Below are positions 20,380-29,776 of a stretch of 64,000 bases of DNA, piece by piece (position 1 is the first letter of the stretch; each line of letters opens with the position of its first letter). A program made the position numbers and the translations under genes. The notes under the pieces were generated by a model that was not told the origin of the DNA, ran no database searches, and saw nothing but the letters and a program-made list of their open reading frames with translations. The DNA comes from Vulcanimicrobiota bacterium (GTDB taxonomy: Bacteria; Vulcanimicrobiota; Vulcanimicrobiia; Vulcanimicrobiales; Vulcanimicrobiaceae), in the NCBI GenBank assembly GCA_963845455.1, contig CAWJSM010000001.1:56302-120301 (forward strand). Reading direction: 5' to 3'.

Positions 20380-21149
20380 GATGCCAGCAGCGCTTCGGCC
20401 GGGCGGTGCAGCAGCGCGAGGAAATGCTCTTTGTACGCTGTGAAGGCGGGCGTGGTCACGACCGAGCGCTTGCGCGGGCGCGACAACTCGATCGTGAGGC
20501 GTTCGATGATCCGTCCCGGCCGGGCCGACATCGTCGCGATCTCGTCCGAGAGGTAGACCGCTTCGTCGACGTCGTGCGTGACGAAGATGACCGTCTTCTT
20601 GAAGTCGTCCCACACGTCGAGCAGCCACTCTTGCATGTCGGCGCGCGTCTGCGCATCGAGCGCGGCGAACGGTTCATCGAGCAGCACCACGTCGCGATCG
20701 CAGAGCATCGTGCGCAACAATGCGGCGCGCTGACGCATGCCGCCTGAAAGCTCGGCCGGATAGCGGTGCTCAAACCCGCCCAGCCCATAGCGTGCGAGCA
20801 GCGGCAGCGCGCGCGCTCGGGCCTCGGCGCGCGGTACGCCGTCGATCTCCATGCCGAGCACGACGTTATCGATGATGCTGCGCCACGGCAGCAGCAGATC
20901 TTTCTGCAGCATGTACGAAACCACGCCGCTCATTCCGAGAATCGACGTTCCATCGAGCATGACGCTTCCGGCGCTCGGCATTTCGAGTCCGGCAATGATG
21001 TTGAAGATGGTGGACTTACCGCAACCGCTCGGACCGAGGATCGCGAGAAACGATCCGCGCTCGATTGCGAGCGAGACCGGAGCCAGCGCGACGACGGCTT
21101 CGCCGCGCCGGGTTTCGAATGTTTTGGCAACGCCGGCCAGTTCGAGCAT
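20376..21149 (-). CDS. NitT/TauT-family ABC transporter ATP-binding protein
   Basis: Walker A GPSGCGKST, signature [15 protein letters not shown], Walker [13 protein letters not shown]. Intact 257 aa. Confidence 0.9.
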   Translation of the reverse strand: MLELAGVAKTFETRRGEAVVALAPVSLAIERGSFLAILGPSGCGKSTIFNIIAGLEMPSAGSVMLDGTSILGMSGVVSYMLQKDLLLPWRSIIDNVVLGMEIDGVPRAEARARALPLLARYGLGGFEHRYPAELSGGMRQRAALLRTMLCDRDVVLLDEPFAALDAQTRADMQEWLLDVWDDFKKTVIFVTHDVDEAVYLSDEIATMSARPGRIIERLTIELSRPRKRSVVTTPAFTAYKEHFLALLHRPAEALLAS

Positions 21150-21365
21150 CGTTCGTTCAGCCTAGCGAACGCGATCGCTTTGTTCCAGCGGCAAATGCAT
21201 GAGCCTGATCCGGCGCGTCGAGCCATTTGTCCGAACGCATAAGCGGTGCGTAGAAATGATGCTTGAAACGCGCGCGTGTTCCGCAGAAGATTCCTACACT
21301 GCGCGGCGCGTCGCCGCAAGCTGGGGAGAGGTTGCGCCGGTGCGGCGGGGTAAGTTCTCGAGCGT

Positions 21366-22112
21366 ATGGAGACGCACGTTGACGACGGCCTGGACCTGGT
21401 GGTGGCGTATCGGACGCTGGCGGAACACGGGATTCTGGACGCCTACGGGCACGTGAGCATGCGCTCTCCGGCGCGCCCGGACCGGTACTTTCTTTCGCGA
21501 GCTTTGGCGCCGGAGCTCGTTACCATCGACGATATCATGGAGTTCACGCTCGACAGCGAGCCGGTCGATGGTCAGGGGCGGGCGCTGTATTCGGAGCGCT
21601 TCATTCACGGCGAAATGTACCGCAGCCGGCCCGATGTGAATGCGGTCGTGCACAATCACTCGCCGACGGTCGTGCCGTTTTCCATCACGCCGGACGTGAA
21701 GCTCAAGCCGTTGTCGGCGGTGACGTCGTTTATCGGGCTAGGCGTGCCGACGTTTGAGATTCGCGATTTTCAGCCGTCGGGCGACATGCGCATTCTTTCA
21801 CAATCGCTGGGCGTCGCGTTGGCGGGGGTTGTGGGGGATAAGCCCGCGGCATTGATGCGCGGCCACGGGGCGGTTGTCGTCGCCGCGGATATTGCGACTG
21901 TTGTGGCGCGGAGTATTTATCTCGAGCTTGCGGCGAAGCAGTTGCAGCAGGCGATGTTGATGGCGGGGCCTGGCGGGCGCGTCGTGACGTTAGATGATGC
22001 GGAAGTTGCCGCCGTGCAGAAGCGGCAAGAGTTTTCGCGGCCATGGTTGTTGTTTCGCACGAAGGCGTTGAACCGGATTGCGGCTGAGGCGGACGAGCAT
22101 TCGCCCAAGTAG
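21366..22112 (+). CDS. class II aldolase/adducin-family protein
   Basis: Intact 248 aa. ..AYRTLAEHGILDAYGHVSMRSP.. and ..NAVVHNHSPTVVPFS.. ..LMRGHGAVVVA.. (His-rich metal-site pattern of the family). Confidence 0.85.
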   Translation: METHVDDGLDLVVAYRTLAEHGILDAYGHVSMRSPARPDRYFLSRALAPELVTIDDIMEFTLDSEPVDGQGRALYSERFIHGEMYRSRPDVNAVVHNHSPTVVPFSITPDVKLKPLSAVTSFIGLGVPTFEIRDFQPSGDMRILSQSLGVALAGVVGDKPAALMRGHGAVVVAADIATVVARSIYLELAAKQLQQAMLMAGPGGRVVTLDDAEVAAVQKRQEFSRPWLLFRTKALNRIAAEADEHSPK

Positions 22113-22119
22113 ATCGACT

Positions 22120-22167
22120 GGGGCGGCCCCTCGACGACGCGCCTACGGCGCTTTGCTCGGGGTGACA
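22120..22167 (+). repeat. REP-like palindromic repeat, copy 6 (variant with paired substitutions)
   Basis: GGGGCGGCCCCTCGACGACGCGCCTACGGCGCTTTGCTCGGGGTGACAG. Relative to the consensus, GGTCCC becomes GGCCCC and GGGATG becomes GGGGTG, so a T-A pair becomes C-G. Confidence 0.8.
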
Positions 22168-22188
22168 GATCAACTGGGTGACAGCTTT

Positions 22189-22216
22189 AAACAAAAAGCC
22201 CCGCGTTAGCGGGGCT
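22189..22216 (-). terminator. Rho-independent terminator of the TPP-enzyme gene
   Basis: In minus sense: AGCCCCGC-UAAC-GCGGGGCU followed by UUUUUGUUU. 8-bp GC-rich stem at 22197-22216. Confidence 0.65.
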
Positions 22217-22293
22217 CTCCATTTAGCGGGGCTCTCCATTTTAGCGGGGCTCTCCATTTTAGCGGGGCTCTCCATTTTAGCGCCTCCGGTTTT
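22208..22293 (-). repeat. 18-bp tandem repeat, four copies plus a degenerate fifth
   Basis: AGCGGGGCTCTCCATTT(T) at 22208, 22225, 22243 and 22261, with degenerate AGCGCCTCCGGTTTT at 22279. It lies exactly between the stop codon (22292-22294) and the terminator of the minus-strand TPP gene. Confidence 0.9.
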
Positions 22294-24080
22294 AGCCGCG
22301 TTCTTCGATGGTTCTCGCTGAGGGGACGGCTTGGACGTCGGGGCCGGTGTTGGCGGAGTATTCGGGGCGCACGATGACGTCGATGACGCAGACTTTGCCT
22401 GCTTTGACGTGCTTGATGCCTTCGGCGACGGCGGCGGCGATTGCGCTGCGTTCGGTGATCGGGCCGATGCCGATGGCGCCTTGGGCTTTGGCGAAGCCGG
22501 CCATGTCGGGCGGCGGATCGTCGATGCGCTGACCGATCCACTTGCGTTCGACCGGGCGGCTGCGCACGACGGCCATGCGCTCTTGGTGCACTTCGTCGTT
22601 GAAGTACGAGCGGTTGTTGGCGACGATGACGAGCAGCGGGATCTTGCTTTGGACGGCCGTCCAGAGCGCGGTGTTGCCCATCAGGAAATCGCCGTCGCCG
22701 GTGATGCAGACCGGCAGGCGCGACGTGCCGCGCAGCGCGAGCGCCGCGCCGACGGCGATGCCGAGACCGCTGCCGATGCCGCCGCCGCCGTCGCCGCCGA
22801 GGTAATCGAAGCGGGCTCGTGAAGGTGAAGTCGGCTTCGTTGACGCCGAGCGGCAGCCGCGTGAAGCAGACTTCCATGCCGGCGAACGCGGTGCTCATCG
22901 CATCCGAGAACTCGTCGATGCCGATGACCGATCCGGTGCTGCCGTTCGTCTTCTTCGGAGCGTGCGGCGCGCCGTTGCTGATCGCGGGTTTGGGTTTCGG
23001 ATTGCCGAGTTCGGCGAGCAGACACGCGACCAGCGCGTCGGGCGGCGCGGCGAGGTCGATGTCGAGTGCCGGCAAGCTCTGATAGTCCATGTTCCAGCCG
23101 CGATGCGCGTAGCGGTCGATGGATGCGCTGATCATCGTGGCTGCGAGGGGCTTGCCGGCGCTGACGGATTTGATCGTGCCGCCGAAGTCGACGCTGTCGA
23201 GATTGAGGATGACGTCGGCGTCGCGCAATGCGGCGGTGGCGGCTTTCGAGCGCGCTTGCCCGAGATGCAGCGGATGATTCGAGGGAAACGTTGCGCCGGT
23301 GAGCGATTGCGTGATGACGCCGGCGTTCAACGCTTCGGCGAGCGCGACGCGCGCGTCCCACGCTTCGATCGAGCGGGCGCCGCGGCCGGCGAGGATGACC
23401 GGATGCTTTGCGCCCTTGAGCGCGGCGAGGACGCGTTTCACGTCGGCGGGCGTCGGTGCGGGTTCATCCGGCGGCGCGTATTTTGCGACCGGCGGGATTG
23501 CGATCGGTGCGCCGAGCTTCTGTTCTTGCACTTCGGCATCGAGGAACACGATGGCCGGACCCTTCGGCAGCGTCGACGCAATCTGGTAGGCGCGCAGGAT
23601 CGAGTCGACGGCGGCGCCGGGTGAGTGCGGGGTGTCGTCCCACTTCGTGAAGTTGCGGCAGAGATCGCCCATGTCTTGCGTGGTGTGGATCCAGTCGATC
23701 CACGGGCGGCGCTTCTGCGCATCGAGCGGCCCGTTCGCGCCGAGGATCAGCACCGGCGCGCGATCGACCCACGTGTTGAAGATCGCCATCGACGCGTGCA
23801 TGAGGCCGACGTTGCTGTGGATCACGGCAAGCATCGGCTTGCCGGTGATCTTCGCGTAGCCTTGCGCGATCGCGACCGAATGCTCTTCGTGCAGGCACAG
23901 CAGCATCTGCGGGTTCTCGTTGCCGAGATAGTTGACGATGCTGTCGTGCAGGCCGCGATAGCTCGCGCCCGGCACGAGCGCGGCGTACTTGATATCCAGC
24001 GCGCGGATCACGGCGGCGACGGCGTCGCTGCCCCAGCCCATGTCGGTCGCTTTCGGCGTTTCGGTTCGCGTCGTAGTCAT
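22292..24080 (-). pseudogene. thiamine-pyrophosphate-dependent enzyme, acetolactate-synthase/benzoylformate-decarboxylase family (one frame change)
   Basis: ATG 24080 (MTTTRTETPK..). N-terminal pyrimidine-binding domain ..LHEEHSVAIAQGYAKITGKPMLAVIHSNVGLMHA... C-terminal TPP-binding part ..GDGDFLMGNTALWTAVQSKIPLLVIVANNRSY.. is in ORF 22292-22681. Shift near 22810. Confidence 0.85.
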
Positions 24081-24217
24081 AGATGGTCCCTTCCCGCGCG
24101 GCCCGGCCGACTCCCTGGCCGGGGGGTCGGATGCCCAGGGCCCTTCCAAGCGGGACTGCCGGCGGCTGCGCGCGGGTACCAAAACACGACCACCATTCCT
24201 GAACGAGGACCTACCAA

Positions 24218-25499
24218 TTGCGAGCACTAGTGTGGAGCAAGCCCTTTACGATGAGCGTCGAGGAGGTTGACGATCCGCGCATCGAGCAGCCCAACGATGC
24301 GATCATCCGTCTCACCACCGCTGCGATTTGCGGCAGCGATTTGCACATGTATGAGGGACGTGCGCCCGGCGAGAGCGGCACCATTTTCGGTCACGAAAAT
24401 CTCGGCGTAGTCGAATCGGTCGGACAAGCGGTCGCGCAGATCAAGGTCGGCGACCGCGTTGTGCTGCCGTTCAACATCGGTTGCGGATTCTGTTTCAATT
24501 GCACGCGCGAGCACCCGGAAGCGTGCCTGACCGTCAACCCGAAGAGCCACTCCGGCGGATACGGGTACTCGGGCATGGGCCCGTTTCGCGGCGGGCAAGC
24601 GGAATTCGTTCGCGTGCCGTTCGCGCGATTTCAACTGCCTGAAGTTGCCCGGGACGCCGGGGGATGAATTCGAGGACGACTTCGTCTTGCTCGCGGACAT
24701 CTTTCCGACCGGTTACCATGCTACCGAGCTGGCGGCAGTCCGGCCCGGCGACAGCGTAGCGATCTTCGGAGCGGGACCCGTTGGGTTGCTCGCGGCACTC
24801 AGCGCGCGCATAAAGGGCGCATCGGAGATCTACGTGGTCGACACCGTTCCCGAGCGTCTGGCGCTGGTCAAAAACGTCGAGGGTGCGATCGCCGTCGACT
24901 ACGCAGAGGGCGATCCGGTCGAGCAGATCATTGCCATGCGCAAGCCGCATCGTGACGCCGTGCAAAATCTCCGCCAGGGCGCGGGCGATAAAATGCCGGG
25001 CGTGATGTGCGCGATCGACGCCGTTGGTTACGAAGCACATGCGGACGACGCTCCCGAGAACGACAACGCGGGTGGTACGCAGCGGCCGAACCAAATCATC
25101 GAGGATTGCATTCGCGTCACGAATCCGACCGGACATATCGGACTCATCGGCGTGTACTTTCCCGAGGATCCCGGCGGCGTCGATGAGGACGCGAAAAAGG
25201 GCCGCTTCACCATCAGCTTGGGCCAGGCGTGGAACAAAGGGATCACGATCGGCATGGGGCAGGCGCCGGTGAAGCGCTACAACGTGTACCTGCGCGACCT
25301 CATCCTCGCGGGACTTGCGAAACCGAGTTTCATCGTGTCGCATCATCTGCCGCTCGAGAGCGGTCCGGAAGCGTATAAGAAATTCGATCGGCGCGTCGAC
25401 GGATTTACGAAAGTGCTGCTCAAACCGCAACTGCGGGCGGACCGGGTTTCGACGGAACGCGGCGAATTCTCGGCCGAACGTTCGGCGAGTCGCGCTTAG
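24218..25499 (+). pseudogene. Zn-dependent alcohol/formaldehyde dehydrogenase (glutathione-independent FDH-like) (one frame change)
   Basis: TTG 24218 (MRALVWSKPF..). CGSDLH, GHENLG, cysteine-rich structural-zinc region CGFCFNC, Rossmann GAGPVGL. ORFs 24218-24667 and 24645-25499 join near 24645. Confidence 0.85.
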
Positions 25500-25501
25500 C
25501 T

Positions 25502-25890
25502 ATGGCTGCCAAGAAGACGCCGGCGAAGAAATCGCCGGCGAAGAAGAAAGCGGCGAAGAAAACCCAGCGAAGAAAACGCCGGCTAGAAAAACATCGGCGA
25601 GGTGGTCGCAGCACGTTACCGAGACGAGCGATGCGATGGACCTCGAGCCCAACGTCTTCAAGCAGCGGTCGGCGAAAAAAATCGCCGAGGCGGTGGAGCA
25701 TGACGCGGCGCGGTCGACGCGCCGGAAGTCGACGCCGTATCGCTCGGCGATGTCGATGCTGACGTTTTACATCAATCGCGCCGGCAAGAACCTCAGCCCC
25801 GAGCGGCGCAAGGTACTGGAGAACGCAAAAGACGTACTGCGGGCCGAATTCGGTCCGCAGGCGCGGTCGCAAAAAAAGAAAGAGCCGTGA
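25502..25890 (+). pseudogene. DUF3175-family protein with Lys/Ala/Pro-rich N-terminus (one frame change)
   Basis: MAAKKTPAKKSPAKKKAAKK then, after a shift at the A4 run 25560-25563, PAKKTPARKTSARWSQHVTETSDAMDLEPNVF..YRSAMSMLTFYINRAGKNL.. (DUF3175 signature as I remember it). Confidence 0.65.
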
Positions 25891-25906
25891 CTTTCGGTCA
25901 CGGCTC
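25871..25906 (-). terminator. Rho-independent terminator (minus sense) between convergent genes
   Basis: Perfect 10-bp stem GAGCCGTGAC/GTCACGGCTC (25882-25906) with a 5-nt loop, followed in minus sense by UUUCUUUUUUU. The stem overlaps the TGA of the plus-strand DUF3175 gene. Confidence 0.7.
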
Positions 25907-25920
25907 CTCGTCCGCCGGGT

Positions 25921-26407
25921 TTACTCGACCCAGTAGTAGTCCACGACGTAGTAGTCGTACAGCTCGCGCTCGCGGCCCCGATCCCAGTTGTCGTCGGCAT
26001 CGTCGAGCATCTGAATCCGGCATTGCGCTGGTGCCCGGCTCGTTCTCCGGACGCTTGCCCGTCCCGACGCCGCCGGCGCTTGCGCGGTAGCTATCGCGCC
26101 GGCTGCCGGCCGGTGCGCCTTCGAGTTGTTCCTTCGTTAGATCGGTGACGAACCCGTGTTTGCTCGTGTCGTAGGTCAACATGCGCCACGGGATCGTGTA
26201 TTCGTGACCCCCCATGCCGAGGAAACCGCCGAATTCAGCGACGGCATACGCCACGCGTCCGCTGACTTTGTCGATCTTGACGCTCTTGATCGTGCCGATG
26301 TCTTTCCCGGCACGGTCGAATACTTTGGTTCCTTCGACGCGATCGCTTGAAATGAGCGATGTCTCCGTCGACTGGCCGGTGCGCGTACCCGCTGTGCTTT
26401 GATTCAC
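25921..26407 (-). pseudogene. PRC-barrel domain protein (one frame change near the 3' end)
   Basis: ..SSDRVEGTKVFDRAGKDIGTIKSVKIDKVSGRVAYAVAEFGGFLGMGGHEYTIPW... The conserved-looking tail ..DDADDNWDRGRERELYDYYVVDYYWVE-stop (TAA 25921-25923) is in another frame. Shift near 26030. Confidence 0.7.
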
Positions 26408-26498
26408 TTAACGCTCTCCTCCATTTGGACCGCATCCATTTTCCGCCGCGAGAGGCGCGCGAAACGTGGTCGGTGGTCCCTCGGGCAAGCGGCACCGA

Positions 26499-27305
26499 CT
26501 ACTCCATCCGGACGTTTTTCGTGAAGTCGTAGTCGGTGTGCTTGGTCGCCGTGAATTTCCAATCGATGACCGACGGATCGCGGCCCGTGACGAGCGTGTC
26601 GGTGAGGAAGGCGATCACCTCGTCCCACGTTTGCTGTGCGGCGACCGGCCGGTAGCGTCCCGGCATCGTATCGTTGAGCCAGCCGTGCGGGACGTCGGGT
26701 ATGACCGTTATCTGGTAGCTGAGGCCGGCGGCTTCGAGCGCGTTGCGAAAGCGGATGATGTCGTCGAAGGAAATGACGTGGTCTTTTTCACCGAAGATGC
26801 CGAGCACGTTCGTCTTGCTCGCGGCGATGAGTCCGCCCATGCCCACGGGGAAGCGCGCGTTTACTTCCCAATCGGATACTTGCGCCGCGCCGTACAGTGA
26901 GACGGCGGCGGTTAACGGATGCGCGTTGGCCCACACGAACGGATAGCGCCCCGTTTGACAGACGCCCATCAAGCCGAAGCGTGACGCGTCGGCGCCGGGA
27001 ACGTCCGCGAAGAGCGCAAACGCGTCTTCGAGGATCGCGAGCACCTCGGGATCGCTCGGCTTCATGCCCACCGTGCCCGCATGCAGCGCGGTTTGGTCGG
27101 GATAGGCGAAAAACAAATCCGGTGCGCACACGACGAAACCGTCCGCGCTCATTTTGCGCGCGAGGTCTTCGGTATGCTGGACGAGGCCGTAGCGCTCGTG
27201 CAGCAGCATGACGCACGGGAACGGACCCGGTCCGTCGGGACGGCACATCTGCACGGGGGTGCCGCGCGCGCCGACCGGGCGCGACTCCGTAATGGTATGT
27301 GACAA
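26499..27305 (-). CDS. dienelactone hydrolase family protein
   Basis: Intact 268 aa. ..PFPCVMLLHERYGL.., nucleophile region FGLMGVCQTGRYP, ..DVPHGW.. Confidence 0.85.
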   Translation of the reverse strand: MSHTITESRPVGARGTPVQMCRPDGPGPFPCVMLLHERYGLVQHTEDLARKMSADGFVVCAPDLFFAYPDQTALHAGTVGMKPSDPEVLAILEDAFALFADVPGADASRFGLMGVCQTGRYPFVWANAHPLTAAVSLYGAAQVSDWEVNARFPVGMGGLIAASKTNVLGIFGEKDHVISFDDIIRFRNALEAAGLSYQITVIPDVPHGWLNDTMPGRYRPVAAQQTWDEVIAFLTDTLVTGRDPSVIDWKFTATKHTDYDFTKNVRME

Positions 27306-27314
27306 ACGAAGCTC

Positions 27315-28127
27315 CTAGAGGTGGATGAGGGTTTCTTCCATGACGCTCTCGCGCACGGCCGATTCGATCAGGCCCCAAATGTGACCGACGTATTCGCTGA
27401 ACTGCGGCGTGCGTTTGACCGACGGTTCGCGCGGGCGCGGCAAGTCGATCGTGATGTCTTCCTGAATGCGGCCCGGGCGCCGGCCGAACACCAGCACGCG
27501 GTCGGAGAGGTAGACGGCCTCGTCGATCTGATGCGTGATGAACAAGACCGTCGATTTGGCGGCGGACCAGATGCGCAGCAATTCGGTTTGCATGATCTCG
27601 CGCGTCTGCGCATCGAGCGCGGCGAACGGTTCGTCCATCAGCAGCACTTCCGGATGCACGGCCAGCGCGCGCGCCAGGTTGACGCGTTGCCGCATGCCGC
27701 CCGAGAGTTGGCGCGGGTAATACTTCTCGAAACCCTTGAGGCCGACCAATTCGAGCAGTGCCTGCGAGCTGCTCGCGCTCGGCCGCCGGTGAGCCGGCCT
27801 TGGATCTCGAGGCCGATGGCGGCGTTGCTCCACACCGTGCGCCACGGTTGCAGCGAGTCGGCCTGGAACACGAACGCGCGGTCGGGGCCCGGCTTCGTGA
27901 CGCGGCGGCCGTCGATCGAGACGGCGCCGGTATCGAACGGCTCGAGGCCGTCGACGATGCGCAAGAACGTCGTCTTGCCGCAACCGCTCGGACCGACGAT
28001 GCTGACGAACTCGCCGTCCGCGACGTCGACGCCGATGTCGGAGAGCACTTCCAAATCGTCGTAGTATTTGGTCAGGCCGCGAACCGAGAGCTTCGCCGCC
28101 GGCGTTCGGTGCGCTCACGCTTTCCAC
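27315..28127 (-). pseudogene. NitT/TauT-family ABC transporter ATP-binding protein (two frame changes)
   Basis: Walker [10 protein letters not shown] is in ORF 27638-28054. Signature [15 protein letters not shown] and [11 protein letters not shown] are in ORF 27315-28127. Shifts near 28075 and 27790. Confidence 0.85.
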
Positions 28128-28957
28128 GGCACGAGCTTGCGTTCGAGATACTGGAAGCCGGCGGTCAGCAAGATGCCGGCGGTGGCGAGCACGATCACGC
28201 TGGCAAAGAGTTGCGGCATGTTGAAGACCTGGCTTGCGTTGTTGATGAGGTAGCCGAGCCCGCCGCGCGAACCCGCAAGTTCACCGATCACGACGCCGAT
28301 CAAGCCGCGCCCGACGCCCAGGCGCAGCCCCGCGATGATGTACGGCGTCGCGCTCGGCAACGAAACTTTCGCGAAGATTTGCGCTTTGCTCGCGCCGAAC
28401 GATCGCGCGGCCTCGACCAGCTGCGGATCGGCATGCTTGATGCCGGTCTCGGTGTTGATGATCATCGGGAAGATGACGAGGCTGATCACGACGGCGATCT
28501 TCGACCAGATCCCCACGCCGAACCACAGGATCAACAGCGGTGCGAGCGCGACGATCGGCGATGCGTAGAATCCCGAGATCCACGGCGTGAGGATGAGTGA
28601 GAGATCTTCGAACGATGCGGTGAGCAGCCCGATCAGCGTGCCGGCGACGACGGCGATCGCGAAGCCGATGAAGAACTCCTCGCCGCTGATCACGATTGCT
28701 TTTTGCAGCACGCCTTGGTGCCACATGTCGACCAGCGCGAGCAGCGAGGAACTCGGCGTGGCTAAGAAGAGCGTGTTCTTGACGACGAAGAGGCCGACGT
28801 ACTCCCAGATCGCGAGGCCGCCGATCACCGATGCGATCGTGATCGCGACGCGCTGAATGGACCGGCGGCGGGCTGCGGCGCGGCGCTGTTCGCTGCGCGA
28901 CGTCCCGCCGGCGGGCAGGGTCGCGGAAGGCGCGCGCGCCGCAACCGCGCTAGGCAT
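28115..28957 (-). CDS. NitT/TauT-family ABC permease
   Basis: Intact 280 aa. EAA-type loop ..[46 protein letters not shown].. Confidence 0.85.
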   Translation of the reverse strand: MPSAVAARAPSATLPAGGTSRSEQRRAAARRRSIQRVAITIASVIGGLAIWEYVGLFVVKNTLFLATPSSSLLALVDMWHQGVLQKAIVISGEEFFIGFAIAVVAGTLIGLLTASFEDLSLILTPWISGFYASPIVALAPLLILWFGVGIWSKIAVVISLVIFPMIINTETGIKHADPQLVEAARSFGASKAQIFAKVSLPSATPYIIAGLRLGVGRGLIGVVIGELAGSRGGLGYLINNASQVFNMPQLFASVIVLATAGILLTAGFQYLERKLVPWKA

Positions 28958-29683
28958 GCGCGGGGGTCTTACCCGTCACTTTCTCGAGATGCGCGACGAC
29001 CTCGTCGATCCCGAGGACGTCGGCGTATTTTTGATGCATGTCGAAGAGGTTCATCGCATGCGCCGTCTTGTGGCGGTCGAAGACGCATTCTTCGACGACG
29101 GTCATCTTGAAGCGATAGCTCCGGCCTTCGACGCACGTCGCGCGCACGCAGCCGCTGGTGCTCTCGCCGACGAGGATGATGCCGTCGACGTCGTGTCGCG
29201 TGCAAGTGCGACATGAGCAGCGTGCCGAAGAAGCCGCTCGGTGCGGCCTTGCGCAGCACGGCCTCACCCGGCAGCGGCGCGACCTCGTCGACGATGTCGA
29301 AGCGGCGGCGCACCCGGTCGGCGATCACGGGGTCGGCACTTGCCGTCTCCTTCTTCCCGCGCGTCGACCAGGCGGCTACGCCGGAATCGAGCGGGTGGAG
29401 GCCGGTGACGTGGACGATCGGGATATCGGCTGCGCGCGCGGCGCCGAGCACGCGCTGCAGGTGCGGAATCGCGTCCCAGGCTTGGGGCCCGCAGGTTCCG
29501 GGCCAATCCGGCATCGCGTCGAGCACCGACGCGGGGCGGCTATCGCCGAAAACCCAGCGATAGAGATCGATCAAGACCAAGCGCCGGCCGCTGCCCGAAG
29601 CCCCACACCTGATGCGGCCGCTCTTTGAGCGTCGCGGCATCTTCGGCAGCTAAGAAGTTATCCCAAACTCTCGTCACTCTCAT
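28950..29683 (-). pseudogene. isochorismatase-family cysteine hydrolase, paralogue of 17749-18507 (two frame changes)
   Basis: ATG 29683 (MRVTRVWDNFLAAEDAATL..). ..VLIDLYRWVFGD.., ..ILVGESTSGCVRATCVEG..KTAHAMNLFDMHQKYADVLGIDEVV... Pieces lie in ORFs 29540-29746, 28969-29640 and 28950-29267. Confidence 0.8.
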
Positions 29684-29776
29684 CGTGCGTTGGTATTCAC
29701 GATCGGGCTTCGTCCACGCCTGGGTGTTGCGTTCGGCGAAAGGCAAAGCGAAAGCGCAGGATATTGGCCAAGCGGA

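Noticed and set aside
22208-22293. Possible CRISPR array, or a coding peptide repeat (MESPAK x3 / KWRAPL x3)
   Set aside because: The units are directly adjacent with no spacers, and only about 4.5 copies of 18 bp are present. The peptide repeats arise only because tracked ORFs read through the 3' UTR, and the real gene stops at 22292-22294.
26461-26495. Seventh, degenerate REP copy (GTCGGTGGTCCCTCGGGCAAGCGGCACCGAC)
   Set aside because: It shares only GGTCCCTCG with the family. It forms its own 7-bp stem (GTCGGTG/CACCGAC) but lacks the inner hairpin and the CTCGGGATGAC arm, so the evidence is insufficient.
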